DNA of 64,000 nt from an uncultured virus (IMG/VR IMGVR_UViG_3300034104_005052) (taxonomy: Duplodnaviria > Heunggongvirae > Uroviricota > Caudoviricetes). The DNA is taken from the IMG/VR virus record IMGVR_UViG_3300034104_005052, positions 1 to 64,000 of that record; one strand, 5' to 3'. Shown here piece by piece: positions 37,015 through 45,519 of the stretch. The notes below the pieces were generated by a model that saw only the letters and a list, made by a program, of their open reading frames with translations, did no database searches and was not told the DNA's origin. Every line of letters starts with the position of its first letter. Position 1 is the first letter of the stretch. Both the position numbers and the translations under genes were made by a program.

Positions 37015-37039
37015 TATTTAGGTAGTTTTCGTCTAAATA
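37015..37039. promoter_or_regulatory. Divergent late promoters (CTAAATA on both strands)
   Basis: Minus-strand copy at 37021-37015 (gp4 operon) and plus-strand copy at 37033-37039 (gp48 operon). Confidence 0.8.
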
Positions 37040-37044
37040 CAATT

Positions 37045-38226
37045 ATGAATCAGTATCCATTTGACCCACTTAATCCATGGTATGACAGCGATCTGCAACC
37101 GGTGCCCAAGCCTCCGAAGCCGAATCCAGCATGGCCCTGGGGCGAAGACGAATATGAAAATGCTTTCTCAGATTCAGGGGACACAAGCACAATTAGATCA
37201 CCACCGCTGTATTATCCTGATGATCTTGGTCAGACCGATGATCTTCAATATATGATGCGGTTTACCATTTATGATACCGGCGGAATTGAGTTGAGAAGAC
37301 ATAGACAGAAGTTCACAGAAAATCAAAATGAATTGACTAGGATGTTTCAATCTAGAGAGCAAAGTGAAAGGGAAGATCCAAATGCGAGCATATCCCTTGC
37401 CCAACTTGTGAAACTTGCTAAAGTATCATTTGATACAACAGTAGATAATGTTTTAAACGCTTTTGGTGGCGACAGTTCGGGGTTTAATGTGAGCGGAGCG
37501 GCAAAAGGCAGGGATTCTTTTGTTGAGGAGGCATCGGGATTTGCTAAACTAACTGAGGAAGTTCAGAGCATATATCTTTACATTCCTGGACAAATAAATG
37601 TGTCTTACAAATTTGATTATGAAGATGCTGACCTAACTTCGTTAGATATATTAAGAGGACTTAGAAGTCTTACTGAAACTCAAACTAGTACTTCGGCTGA
37701 AGTTCAAGCAGAACTGGCTAAAACTGTTGGAATGGCCGCTTTGAAAGTTGCAGATGAAACTATAGAACTTGTTGGTGGGCAAGAGATATTTGCGAACAAT
37801 CAGGCTGCGGCAACAAGGGAGATTAGAAATCCTTTTGTTGTGCATTTGTTCAAAGGAGTCGGAAGAAGAACATTTAGATTTGAGTTTGATTTTTTCCCAA
37901 GATCACAAACCGAAGCAGTTATTATTGAAAGAATAGTAAATACATTCAAGTTGTACGCACACCCAAATAGATCTAAGGGTGGGAGATTTCTCGATTTCCC
38001 CGCTGAGTTTCAGATCGAATTCTTATACAAAAATGCTGAAGTTATTCGTATGCCTAAGATAATGAAATGTGCTTTGACTTCGATAAGCACCGACTATGGT
38101 GAAAAAACATTTACATCTACAATTGTTGATTCAGAGGGTAAAGTGTCTCCCACAAAAATCAAACTCAATTTAGAATTCAGCGAACTTGAACTTTTAACAA
38201 GAGAACGAATAGCAAGAGGAGCATAA
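37045..38226 (+). CDS. 48: gp48 baseplate tail-tube cap
   Basis: 'IYLYIP', 'NP....LFKGV.RRTFRFEFDFFPRS..EA..I..I...FK', 'P.EF.IEF', 'CALTSI..DY', 'L.F.ELELLTRE.I'. Confidence 0.88.
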   Translation: MNQYPFDPLNPWYDSDLQPVPKPPKPNPAWPWGEDEYENAFSDSGDTSTIRSPPLYYPDDLGQTDDLQYMMRFTIYDTGGIELRRHRQKFTENQNELTRMFQSREQSEREDPNASISLAQLVKLAKVSFDTTVDNVLNAFGGDSSGFNVSGAAKGRDSFVEEASGFAKLTEEVQSIYLYIPGQINVSYKFDYEDADLTSLDILRGLRSLTETQTSTSAEVQAELAKTVGMAALKVADETIELVGGQEIFANNQAAATREIRNPFVVHLFKGVGRRTFRFEFDFFPRSQTEAVIIERIVNTFKLYAHPNRSKGGRFLDFPAEFQIEFLYKNAEVIRMPKIMKCALTSISTDYGEKTFTSTIVDSEGKVSPTKIKLNLEFSELELLTRERIARGA

Positions 38227-38228
38227 TC

Positions 38229-39134
38229 GTGGCATATTTTGGCAACTTTCCAAATCTAGCCTACCCGATAGTCATCGATGGTAAGACTGTTCGTATTAAT
38301 GCAAAGAACATTACCGTAAGAGCAAAGTTTCTAGACTATGTGAAAACATCACAGGTATCCTATCGTGATTACACTATAAAAGATGGTGATCGTCCTGATA
38401 CACTTTCTTATCGTTTATATGGAAGATCGGATTTACATTGGGTTATATTGATCTTCAATGAAATACTGAATCCCTTTTTTGATTGGCCTTTAACATCCGG
38501 TGACTTGAACCGAATGATTAAAAACAATTACAAAGGAAAAGCGATATTCATCAACTCAAAGGTAGCAAAATTCGGAAATAGGTTTGGAATTCTGGAAGCA
38601 GCAAATGAACAATTATGGTATGAGGTCGGACAGAGAGTAACACAAACTAGAGGCTCGTCTATTGTACACGGAACTGTAAAAAGTTGGGATCCTAATTTAT
38701 ACAAAATTGTTTTGGACTCTGATACTATAACTGGATCCTTTTCTATAACTCCAAATATCACAAATTTTAACTCCGAAATTTTGGATTTAACTCACAATAG
38801 AACTGATGGTCTAAGCATATATGCTTCTGTTGGAAAAGTAGTCGAAGATAATATTTACTCTGTGCATCATTTTGTTGACACAAACACAGGTGATATTGTT
38901 GATCATCATGCACTCATATCCACTTCAGATGGGAGTATTGTAAATTCTAGCATCATGGACAGATATGCAGTTTATGGGAACGAAGTTATACCGTTGGCGA
39001 ATAGAAACATCGTTTCGGTGTCGAATTATCAGTATGAGACAGAAAAAAATGATTCCCTTCGAAACATCAAGATAGTTCGACCTGAAATTATTGACTCTGT
39101 TATCAAAGACATGAGGAGTTTGTTAAGTGATTAA
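38229..39134 (+). CDS. 53: gp53 baseplate wedge subunit
   Basis: 'AYF.NFP...Y', LysM-like 'YTIKDGDRPDTLSYRLYG...LHWVILIFN.I..PFFDWPL', 'VSNYQYE...ND..R.IK'. Confidence 0.9.
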   Translation: MAYFGNFPNLAYPIVIDGKTVRINAKNITVRAKFLDYVKTSQVSYRDYTIKDGDRPDTLSYRLYGRSDLHWVILIFNEILNPFFDWPLTSGDLNRMIKNNYKGKAIFINSKVAKFGNRFGILEAANEQLWYEVGQRVTQTRGSSIVHGTVKSWDPNLYKIVLDSDTITGSFSITPNITNFNSEILDLTHNRTDGLSIYASVGKVVEDNIYSVHHFVDTNTGDIVDHHALISTSDGSIVNSSIMDRYAVYGNEVIPLANRNIVSVSNYQYETEKNDSLRNIKIVRPEIIDSVIKDMRSLLSD

Positions 39135-40440
39135 ATCAACTGATAAATTTTACACGGCAGGAGATGTTGTAGTTGATGAAATTCGTCTTGTGTCTTACTC
39201 AGGACTTGAAGTCGATTTGAGAAAGATTGTTGGAGACTTTTCAATCACAGAAGACATGTTTTCAAACTCTCTATCAGGATCACTAGTGATAGCCGATTCG
39301 ATGAATTTGGTTAAAAACCTCCCAATAATAGGTGATGAAGACTTGTATATTTCTTTCTACACTCCTGGCGTAGACAGCAAACCAAGAAAAGTTCGATTCA
39401 AAATCTATAAAGTCTCATCATATATTCGTGGACAGGGGGCTGCAAATGTACTCATTCGTGTTGAGTTTATGTGTCCCGCATTAGTATTATCGAACAGGAC
39501 TAGGCTGCGTAAAGTTTTTAGAAATCTCCCCGTGAACGAAATGGTTAAAACTATTTACTCTGAGATGCGAGATAAGGAAAAACAAAGGAATTTAGATCTT
39601 CCCGAACTTTTAACAGACGAAACATTCGGATCAACTACAGTTTTGATTCCAAATTGGTCTCCTTTTTATACCATAAATTGGCTTGCAAATAGAGGAGTAT
39701 CAGAGTCGAATACGCAAATTGCGGACTATGTTTTTTATCAAGATCTTGATAAGTATAACTTTGTTCCCATTTCCAAACTGAAAAAATTAAGTCCCATTTG
39801 CACATATAAAAACGCACCTGGTGGATTTAGGTCGGCTAGTGGTGATCGGATGTTGGAGTCGGAACTTCGTAATATTATAGACTACTCTGTACGAGATTTA
39901 GGAGATAAAGTTGATGAGACAACTATGGGAGTTTATGCATCAAATATGCTTGTACATGAAGTAAACACAAAATCATACTTCATGTACAATTACACTTATA
40001 AAGATGCCTTTGACAACGCTCCTAGTTTAAATAAAGGTAGAATGTTGCCATATTACAGTCCAATTCAAAAATCATTTGATGCTCATGTTAAGTATTATGA
40101 TAAGTCTTATTTTCAGTTCAGTAATCATGAAGACGCATCTGGAATTGATAGATTTTTGAACAGACAATCTCAGATGCATCAGATGAATTCTATGACCATG
40201 GTTTTAAATGTATATGGGGATACAACTATAAGAGTGGGTAATGTAATCAGACTTGAGTTTTTTACGCAAGAATATAGTAAATACAGAGATGATTTTTTGG
40301 ATGAATATTTGACTGCTAATTATATGATTACTGCAATAGTACATAATGTAACAGATGGGGTTCATACTATGAAAATGACTGTCGCAAGAGACAGTTATGG
40401 TAGTGAATTACCGGATATTAAAGAGAAAGTTATAAGATGA
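39127..40440 (+). CDS. Baseplate hub protein (gp27-like)
   Basis: 'ITEDMFSNSLSG...I.DS.NL...LPIIGDE', 'IPNWSPF..INWL', 'V.GD....VG..I.L', 'YMITAI.H'; lies between gp53 and gp5. Confidence 0.75.
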   Translation: MIKSTDKFYTAGDVVVDEIRLVSYSGLEVDLRKIVGDFSITEDMFSNSLSGSLVIADSMNLVKNLPIIGDEDLYISFYTPGVDSKPRKVRFKIYKVSSYIRGQGAANVLIRVEFMCPALVLSNRTRLRKVFRNLPVNEMVKTIYSEMRDKEKQRNLDLPELLTDETFGSTTVLIPNWSPFYTINWLANRGVSESNTQIADYVFYQDLDKYNFVPISKLKKLSPICTYKNAPGGFRSASGDRMLESELRNIIDYSVRDLGDKVDETTMGVYASNMLVHEVNTKSYFMYNYTYKDAFDNAPSLNKGRMLPYYSPIQKSFDAHVKYYDKSYFQFSNHEDASGIDRFLNRQSQMHQMNSMTMVLNVYGDTTIRVGNVIRLEFFTQEYSKYRDDFLDEYLTANYMITAIVHNVTDGVHTMKMTVARDSYGSELPDIKEKVIR

Positions 40441-41606
40441 GATTAAGACCCGATTTCATAGGACTGAATGGATTTCTTTGGTGGCATGGTGTTGTCGAGG
40501 ACATAGAAGATCCCGAAAAAATGGGCAGACTTCGTGTTAGAGTGTTAGGTTGGCACACCGATGACAAGACATCTGTTGGAATCCCAACAGAGGATCTTCC
40601 GTGGGCGACAGTGCTTATGCCTATCACCACATCTTCTATGACAGGATTAGGAAGATCACCAACAGGAATTCTACCGGGATCTTGGGTAATCGGGTTTTTC
40701 TTGGACGGAGAAGCAGCACAGCAACCATTTGTGCTTGGTTCTTATGGTGGAATTCAGAAACCCGATATTGCTCTAGGTTTAACAGCAGTTGCTGGACTTG
40801 ATCAAGTTCCATACAACGATTTCAAAATTAAACCCAAATCACTTCAAAATAGAATCATGAATAATAAAGTGGGATTTAGAGATCCATCAGGATTTTACCC
40901 AATAGAAGGGAGAATGGGAGAACCAGACACAAATCGTCTTGTAAGAAACGAGAACATAGATTGGACGGTCGTTAAAAAAAAGAGAGATGAGGTATTGGAT
41001 TGTGATACTGCTCTTTATGGATATTGGCAGGAACCATACACCCCATATGCGGCCAAGTATCCATATAATCATGTCGTAGAATCTCAGTCCGGTCACATTT
41101 TCGAAGTGGATGATACAACGGGTGCCGAAAGAATTCACACATATCATAGATCGGGAACATTCGATGAGATCCATCCAAATGGCAGTCAAGTTCATAAAGT
41201 TGTTGGGAATGAATGGAACATTACTTTAAATGATAGACTTATTTTAGTTCGTGGTAATGCATCATGGAACACAGATAGGTTGATGAAGATTCGTGTTGGT
41301 AAAGATCTAGGTAAAAACGGGCATTTTGAGATTGAAGTCGAGGGGGATATGAGAGTCCTTGTTAAAGGCAACACCATCATGGAAACTCAAGGTAACTTCC
41401 TCCACAAGGTCAAAGGCAAATACACAACATCAAGCGAAGGGAATATGTTGTTCGTTGCTCCAAGAATAGATTTAAATCCAAATGGATCATCAGCGCAAAA
41501 AATACAAACTTTTCTGACTAAACTGAGAGGAACTATTAGGAAAGTAGTTCGTGATACTATTGATGTTGTTAGGTTTAACGGAGCCATGAATAGGCGTAGG
41601 AATTAA
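40437..41606 (+). CDS. 5: gp5 baseplate hub spike (OB fold plus beta-helix, no lysozyme domain)
   Basis: 'WWHGVVED..DP...GR.RVRV.G.H', 'LPWA', 'GSWVIGFFLDG..AQQP', 'YPYNHV.ES.SGH..E.DDT...ERIH..HRSGT'. Confidence 0.92.
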   Translation: MRLRPDFIGLNGFLWWHGVVEDIEDPEKMGRLRVRVLGWHTDDKTSVGIPTEDLPWATVLMPITTSSMTGLGRSPTGILPGSWVIGFFLDGEAAQQPFVLGSYGGIQKPDIALGLTAVAGLDQVPYNDFKIKPKSLQNRIMNNKVGFRDPSGFYPIEGRMGEPDTNRLVRNENIDWTVVKKKRDEVLDCDTALYGYWQEPYTPYAAKYPYNHVVESQSGHIFEVDDTTGAERIHTYHRSGTFDEIHPNGSQVHKVVGNEWNITLNDRLILVRGNASWNTDRLMKIRVGKDLGKNGHFEIEVEGDMRVLVKGNTIMETQGNFLHKVKGKYTTSSEGNMLFVAPRIDLNPNGSSAQKIQTFLTKLRGTIRKVVRDTIDVVRFNGAMNRRRN

Positions 41607-41607
41607 T

Positions 41608-42192
41608 ATGCTAGGACCAAGACCATTTAAAAGACTTCTTCCTAAATCAAAAGACACGAAACCTCCTGTCTTAAGCGTTGATAATATATCAGCAGAATTT
41701 TTTGGTCTTGGTGAGTCGCCTACACTAGATCTACCATCTACTTTAGACCAATCTTTAGTGAATGAGCAATTACTCGACAATCCGTCTTTGGTGATTGAAA
41801 ACACCGTATCTATATTTCCGAATAATGAATTTTTGAGTGATGTTGCTGTGGGCATACCGATACCGAATCAGACTGATAGTAGTGCATTTGGTGGTGGTAT
41901 TGGCACACAAAATTCAGAACAGCGACAGACATTTAATCAGACCTCATTAGATCGTCAAGAGAGTGTAGTTCTTATGCAAAACACTCTTTTATCGCCGCTT
42001 GTAGTTACGGGAAATATAGTATTTCAGGAACTTGGAACTAAGTTGAAATATTCAAAGGAACAGTCTAACAAGTTGAACGAAATACTTTCCACACAATTTC
42101 AATTGTTAAATTTAGATACTCAGGTCGTAGTTGATCCTCCAACATTTTTGTCTCCAGATCCACCATTTGTTTTAGATGGGGGTGAATTCTAA
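41608..42192 (+). CDS. Hypothetical protein ending in DGGEF
   Basis: Tightly packed in the baseplate operon. Confidence 0.6.
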   Translation: MLGPRPFKRLLPKSKDTKPPVLSVDNISAEFFGLGESPTLDLPSTLDQSLVNEQLLDNPSLVIENTVSIFPNNEFLSDVAVGIPIPNQTDSSAFGGGIGTQNSEQRQTFNQTSLDRQESVVLMQNTLLSPLVVTGNIVFQELGTKLKYSKEQSNKLNEILSTQFQLLNLDTQVVVDPPTFLSPDPPFVLDGGEF

Positions 42193-42194
42193 TT

Positions 42195-42890
42195 ATGCCG
42201 ATGACGCATAGCGGCCAATATCCGATAGAATACTATTACCCTGGATTAGGTATCGGTCCCAACTACAATCCCATTGGATTTGGTCCAACATCGGAAAACT
42301 GTAGATTTACATGGACCGATTCAGGTAGAACATTTGGAAGAAAACCAATCTATGAAAAACAATTTGTCGGTCAATGTATAGACATTAGTGTTGAGGCGAA
42401 CTACACAAGATGTGTTGATTCTGTTCTAAATGGGACATATGATCCGCCATTTGCCGGAGCAGATGAGATTCCCGCTCAATGTTGCCCAACTGCTAGTGGA
42501 CCAATAAAATATGCAGTTATAGGTGGAGAGTTTCCGCCGAGTTTAGTTTTGGACATAGACACAGGAAAGATGTTCGGCCAAATAGATTCTTTACAAGAAA
42601 TATCCCCCAACAGATTTGGATATTTCGATAAGACAGATTTTAGTAATGTCGATTATCTAGATGGATCGATAGGTGGCGGAAAGATATTTTTTACGATTAG
42701 GGCTTTTGATTCTGGAAATACATCTGATTTCTCTGACAAGGAATTCACATTTCATGTTAGAACAAATTGGGCTTTGCGAAGAGATAGGATGCTACTAAAT
42801 ATAAACAATCAATCTTATTTGGATGACATGAAAAAACAAGGATTCTTTACAGGTCCAGGATGCGACGAATACGAAGACGATATTTTCTGA
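42195..42890 (+). CDS. Hypothetical baseplate-associated protein with putative Ig-like motif
   Basis: 'YAVIGGEFPPSLVLDIDTGKMFG' and 'FFTIRAFD' resemble putative Ig (He_PIG-like) repeats. Confidence 0.55.
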   Translation: MPMTHSGQYPIEYYYPGLGIGPNYNPIGFGPTSENCRFTWTDSGRTFGRKPIYEKQFVGQCIDISVEANYTRCVDSVLNGTYDPPFAGADEIPAQCCPTASGPIKYAVIGGEFPPSLVLDIDTGKMFGQIDSLQEISPNRFGYFDKTDFSNVDYLDGSIGGGKIFFTIRAFDSGNTSDFSDKEFTFHVRTNWALRRDRMLLNINNQSYLDDMKKQGFFTGPGCDEYEDDIF

Positions 42891-42899
42891 AAGGTTATA

Positions 42900-43184
42900 A
42901 TGCCCCCAGTTCACAGATTAAGAGACATATGCACAGGACATGGATGCTATCCACCAAGACCGAATAGGTCTGCGTCTGCAAATGTCATTGTAAACAGTCG
43001 TGGATGGCATCGTAAAGGCGACTCATGGAAAGTCCATTGTTGCGGGGGGTGTCACAGTAGTGTAACTTGTAAAGGATCATCGACTGTATTTGTTAATAGT
43101 AGACAAGCGGTTCGGATCGGGGATCCTGTTTGTTGTGGCTCTGCCACAGCAACGGGATCAGAAAATGTATTTTGTGGAGACTGA
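42900..43184 (+). CDS. 5.4: PAAR spike-tip protein (gp5.4)
   Basis: 'D.CTGHGC.PPR', 'R.GD.W..H', 'GSSTVFVN.....RIGD...CGS....GS.NVF.G'. Confidence 0.92.
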   Translation: MPPVHRLRDICTGHGCYPPRPNRSASANVIVNSRGWHRKGDSWKVHCCGGCHSSVTCKGSSTVFVNSRQAVRIGDPVCCGSATATGSENVFCGD

Positions 43185-43186
43185 TC

Positions 43187-43579
43187 ATGGCAGAAATTAA
43201 CGAAAATGCAGCAGATCTTGATATAAATTTTGCAAGAAATTTTTTCACAAATGATGTCACTAGATTTACAGGTGACGCAGCAATACGCCGAGCACTTAAG
43301 AATTTGGTTCTCCTTAAATCAAATGAGAAGCCATTTCATCCAGAAATTAATTCTGGTATAGCAGATCTTCTTTTTGAGAACACCTCCCCCATAATTGTTC
43401 AGGAAATCAAAAAACGAGTCGAAAAGGTCATAAGAACATACGAACCTAGAGTTAGTAGAACTATGATAAAATTGCAATATGATATAGACAGAAGTGAAGT
43501 CAAAATAAGCATAATGTATACAATAAAAAACATCAAAAAAGTCTTTGACACCACGATAACATTACAGAGGACAAGATAA
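43187..43579 (+). CDS. 25: gp25 baseplate wedge subunit
   Basis: 'DLDINF', 'AIRRALKNLV.....EKPFHPE..SG...LLFE', 'YEPRV', 'LQRTR'. The start is placed at the ATG at 43187 (GGAG upstream). Confidence 0.9.
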   Translation: MAEINENAADLDINFARNFFTNDVTRFTGDAAIRRALKNLVLLKSNEKPFHPEINSGIADLLFENTSPIIVQEIKKRVEKVIRTYEPRVSRTMIKLQYDIDRSEVKISIMYTIKNIKKVFDTTITLQRTR

Positions 43580-45513
43580 TGTCAGATACAAAAATCAATG
43601 ATTTAGATTTTGACAGCATCAAGTCTAGTCTAAGAGACTACTTGAGAGGACAAGAGCAGTTCAAAGATTATGACTTCGAAGGGTCTACTTTAAACATTCT
43701 TTTAGACCTTCTAGCGTATAATACGCATTATCAGGGATTCTATGCAAATATGGTTGCAAATGAAGCGTTCCTAGACTCTGCAATAGTGAGAAACTCTGTG
43801 GTGTCTTTAGCGAAACATTTGAACTATAGACCTAGATCAAAGAAAGCAGCCAGAGCAGTTGTAAATATTGAAATGATTCCAATTAACAGTGCTAGGGGTG
43901 GAGTTCCTGCATCTGCAACTGTGGCAGCCAACAAAGAGTATCTTCCTCCGGGAAAATCTTTCAGTGCTAGAGATGCGTTAGGTAAAACTGTAAACTTTGT
44001 TAACCTAGAGAATTACAGGTTCTCGGTTGTTGGTGGAAGATTTTTCATCAATAACGCTATTTTATATGAGGGTAATATACAGACATCTTCATTTGTAGTG
44101 AATGTAAAAGATGTTAATCAAAAGTTCATAATTGATGACGATGATATCGATATTGATACTCTATTTGTAAAAGTTCAAAGATCAGTTAGAGATACGACAG
44201 GCATAGAGGATGTTTGGTTTAGAGCGTTAGATGTTAATAAACTTGATGGAAATTCATTGGCATTTTTTGTACAGGAGGCAGAGGGAGGCAAATGGGAAAT
44301 ATATTTTGGTGATGGGATAGTTGGTAAAAATGTTGAAAATGGAAACTTGATATCAATAATTTATTTGCGAACTAATGGAACTCTCGGAAATGGAATAGGC
44401 AACACAGATACCGAGCAGAACAGAACATTTACAACAACAAATACAGATACATCACAGTACATAGTTTCAGTAGTCCGTGATGAAAATGGTAGACCATCTC
44501 CATCATTTGGTGGTTCTGAGCCAGAATCCATCAATTCAATCAAGTATTACGCTCCAAGAAACTATCAAGCACAAGATCGTGCGGTCACATCCACGGACTA
44601 TCTCGTTTTACTTGCCAAAGAATATTCACTTAGATCAGAATCATTTTTAGTTTGGGGTGGTGAGGAAAATGATCCCCCGAATTACGGTAAGGTCTTTATT
44701 TCAGTCAAACCAAAGAATTCATCTAAGTTGTCTATAACTGAAAAACAAGCGATATCAAAAAGTATTTTGAGTCCTTTGAATGTTCTTACGGTTAAACCTG
44801 AGGTTGTAGATGCGGATGTAACATACATCAATCCCTCCGTAACAGTTTACTATGATCCGAGATTGACAACATCTTCAGCAGACAGTTTATCACAGGGAAT
44901 AAGAGATAAGATAATAACATTTGGTGATATTAATTTAGACCAGTTTGGAAAAAATTTCAGACAGTCAAAGTTTAGTTCTTACATTGATGGGCTTGATGCA
45001 TCTTTTAATAGCAGTAGCATTTCTTTACTTCTTGAAAAAAGGTTTGAGGTAAAATTCGGGCAGGCTCTTCCCTATAAAATTAAGTATGACAACAAACTGT
45101 TTCATCCAATTGATGGGTATCCTCCAATTATTAGTTCATCTGGATTTTTTCATTTAGATTTAACCGCCACATCATTAATTAAACCTACCGTAGTTGCATA
45201 TTTTGATGACGATGGTTATGGAAATATTAGAATTTATAAGTTGATAGGTAGTGAAAGAGTATACTTAAAAAGAAAAGCCGGAACTGTCAATTATGAAACC
45301 GGTTTAATTGAGATTAAATCATTTACACCGTTAGGTATTCCTGATGGTACTGTTGAAATTAATATATTAGCCAAACCCGATAAGGGGGATATCTTTGTAA
45401 GAAGAAATCAAGTTCTAGTAATTAATACTGACAAGATAGATATTACAATGGTTCAGGAGAAATCGGTTATTGATAGAAAGGCAAGTGACACAGGATTCCC
45501 TTTCCTGACTTGA
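43579..45513 (+). CDS. 6: gp6 baseplate wedge subunit
   Basis: 'LDFD.IK.SL..YL..Q..F.DYDFEGS.L..LLD.LAYNTHY', 'FGDG..GK', 'Q.RAVT..DY', 'WGGEEN.PP.YGKVFIS.KP'. Confidence 0.95.
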   Translation: MSDTKINDLDFDSIKSSLRDYLRGQEQFKDYDFEGSTLNILLDLLAYNTHYQGFYANMVANEAFLDSAIVRNSVVSLAKHLNYRPRSKKAARAVVNIEMIPINSARGGVPASATVAANKEYLPPGKSFSARDALGKTVNFVNLENYRFSVVGGRFFINNAILYEGNIQTSSFVVNVKDVNQKFIIDDDDIDIDTLFVKVQRSVRDTTGIEDVWFRALDVNKLDGNSLAFFVQEAEGGKWEIYFGDGIVGKNVENGNLISIIYLRTNGTLGNGIGNTDTEQNRTFTTTNTDTSQYIVSVVRDENGRPSPSFGGSEPESINSIKYYAPRNYQAQDRAVTSTDYLVLLAKEYSLRSESFLVWGGEENDPPNYGKVFISVKPKNSSKLSITEKQAISKSILSPLNVLTVKPEVVDADVTYINPSVTVYYDPRLTTSSADSLSQGIRDKIITFGDINLDQFGKNFRQSKFSSYIDGLDASFNSSSISLLLEKRFEVKFGQALPYKIKYDNKLFHPIDGYPPIISSSGFFHLDLTATSLIKPTVVAYFDDDGYGNIRIYKLIGSERVYLKRKAGTVNYETGLIEIKSFTPLGIPDGTVEINILAKPDKGDIFVRRNQVLVINTDKIDITMVQEKSVIDRKASDTGFPFLT

Positions 45514-45519
45514 TAGAAG

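Noticed and set aside
43130..43186. TTG start for gp25 given in the ORF track
   Set aside because: It lies inside the PAAR gene; the ATG at 43187 has an SD and matches the expected gp25 N-terminus.
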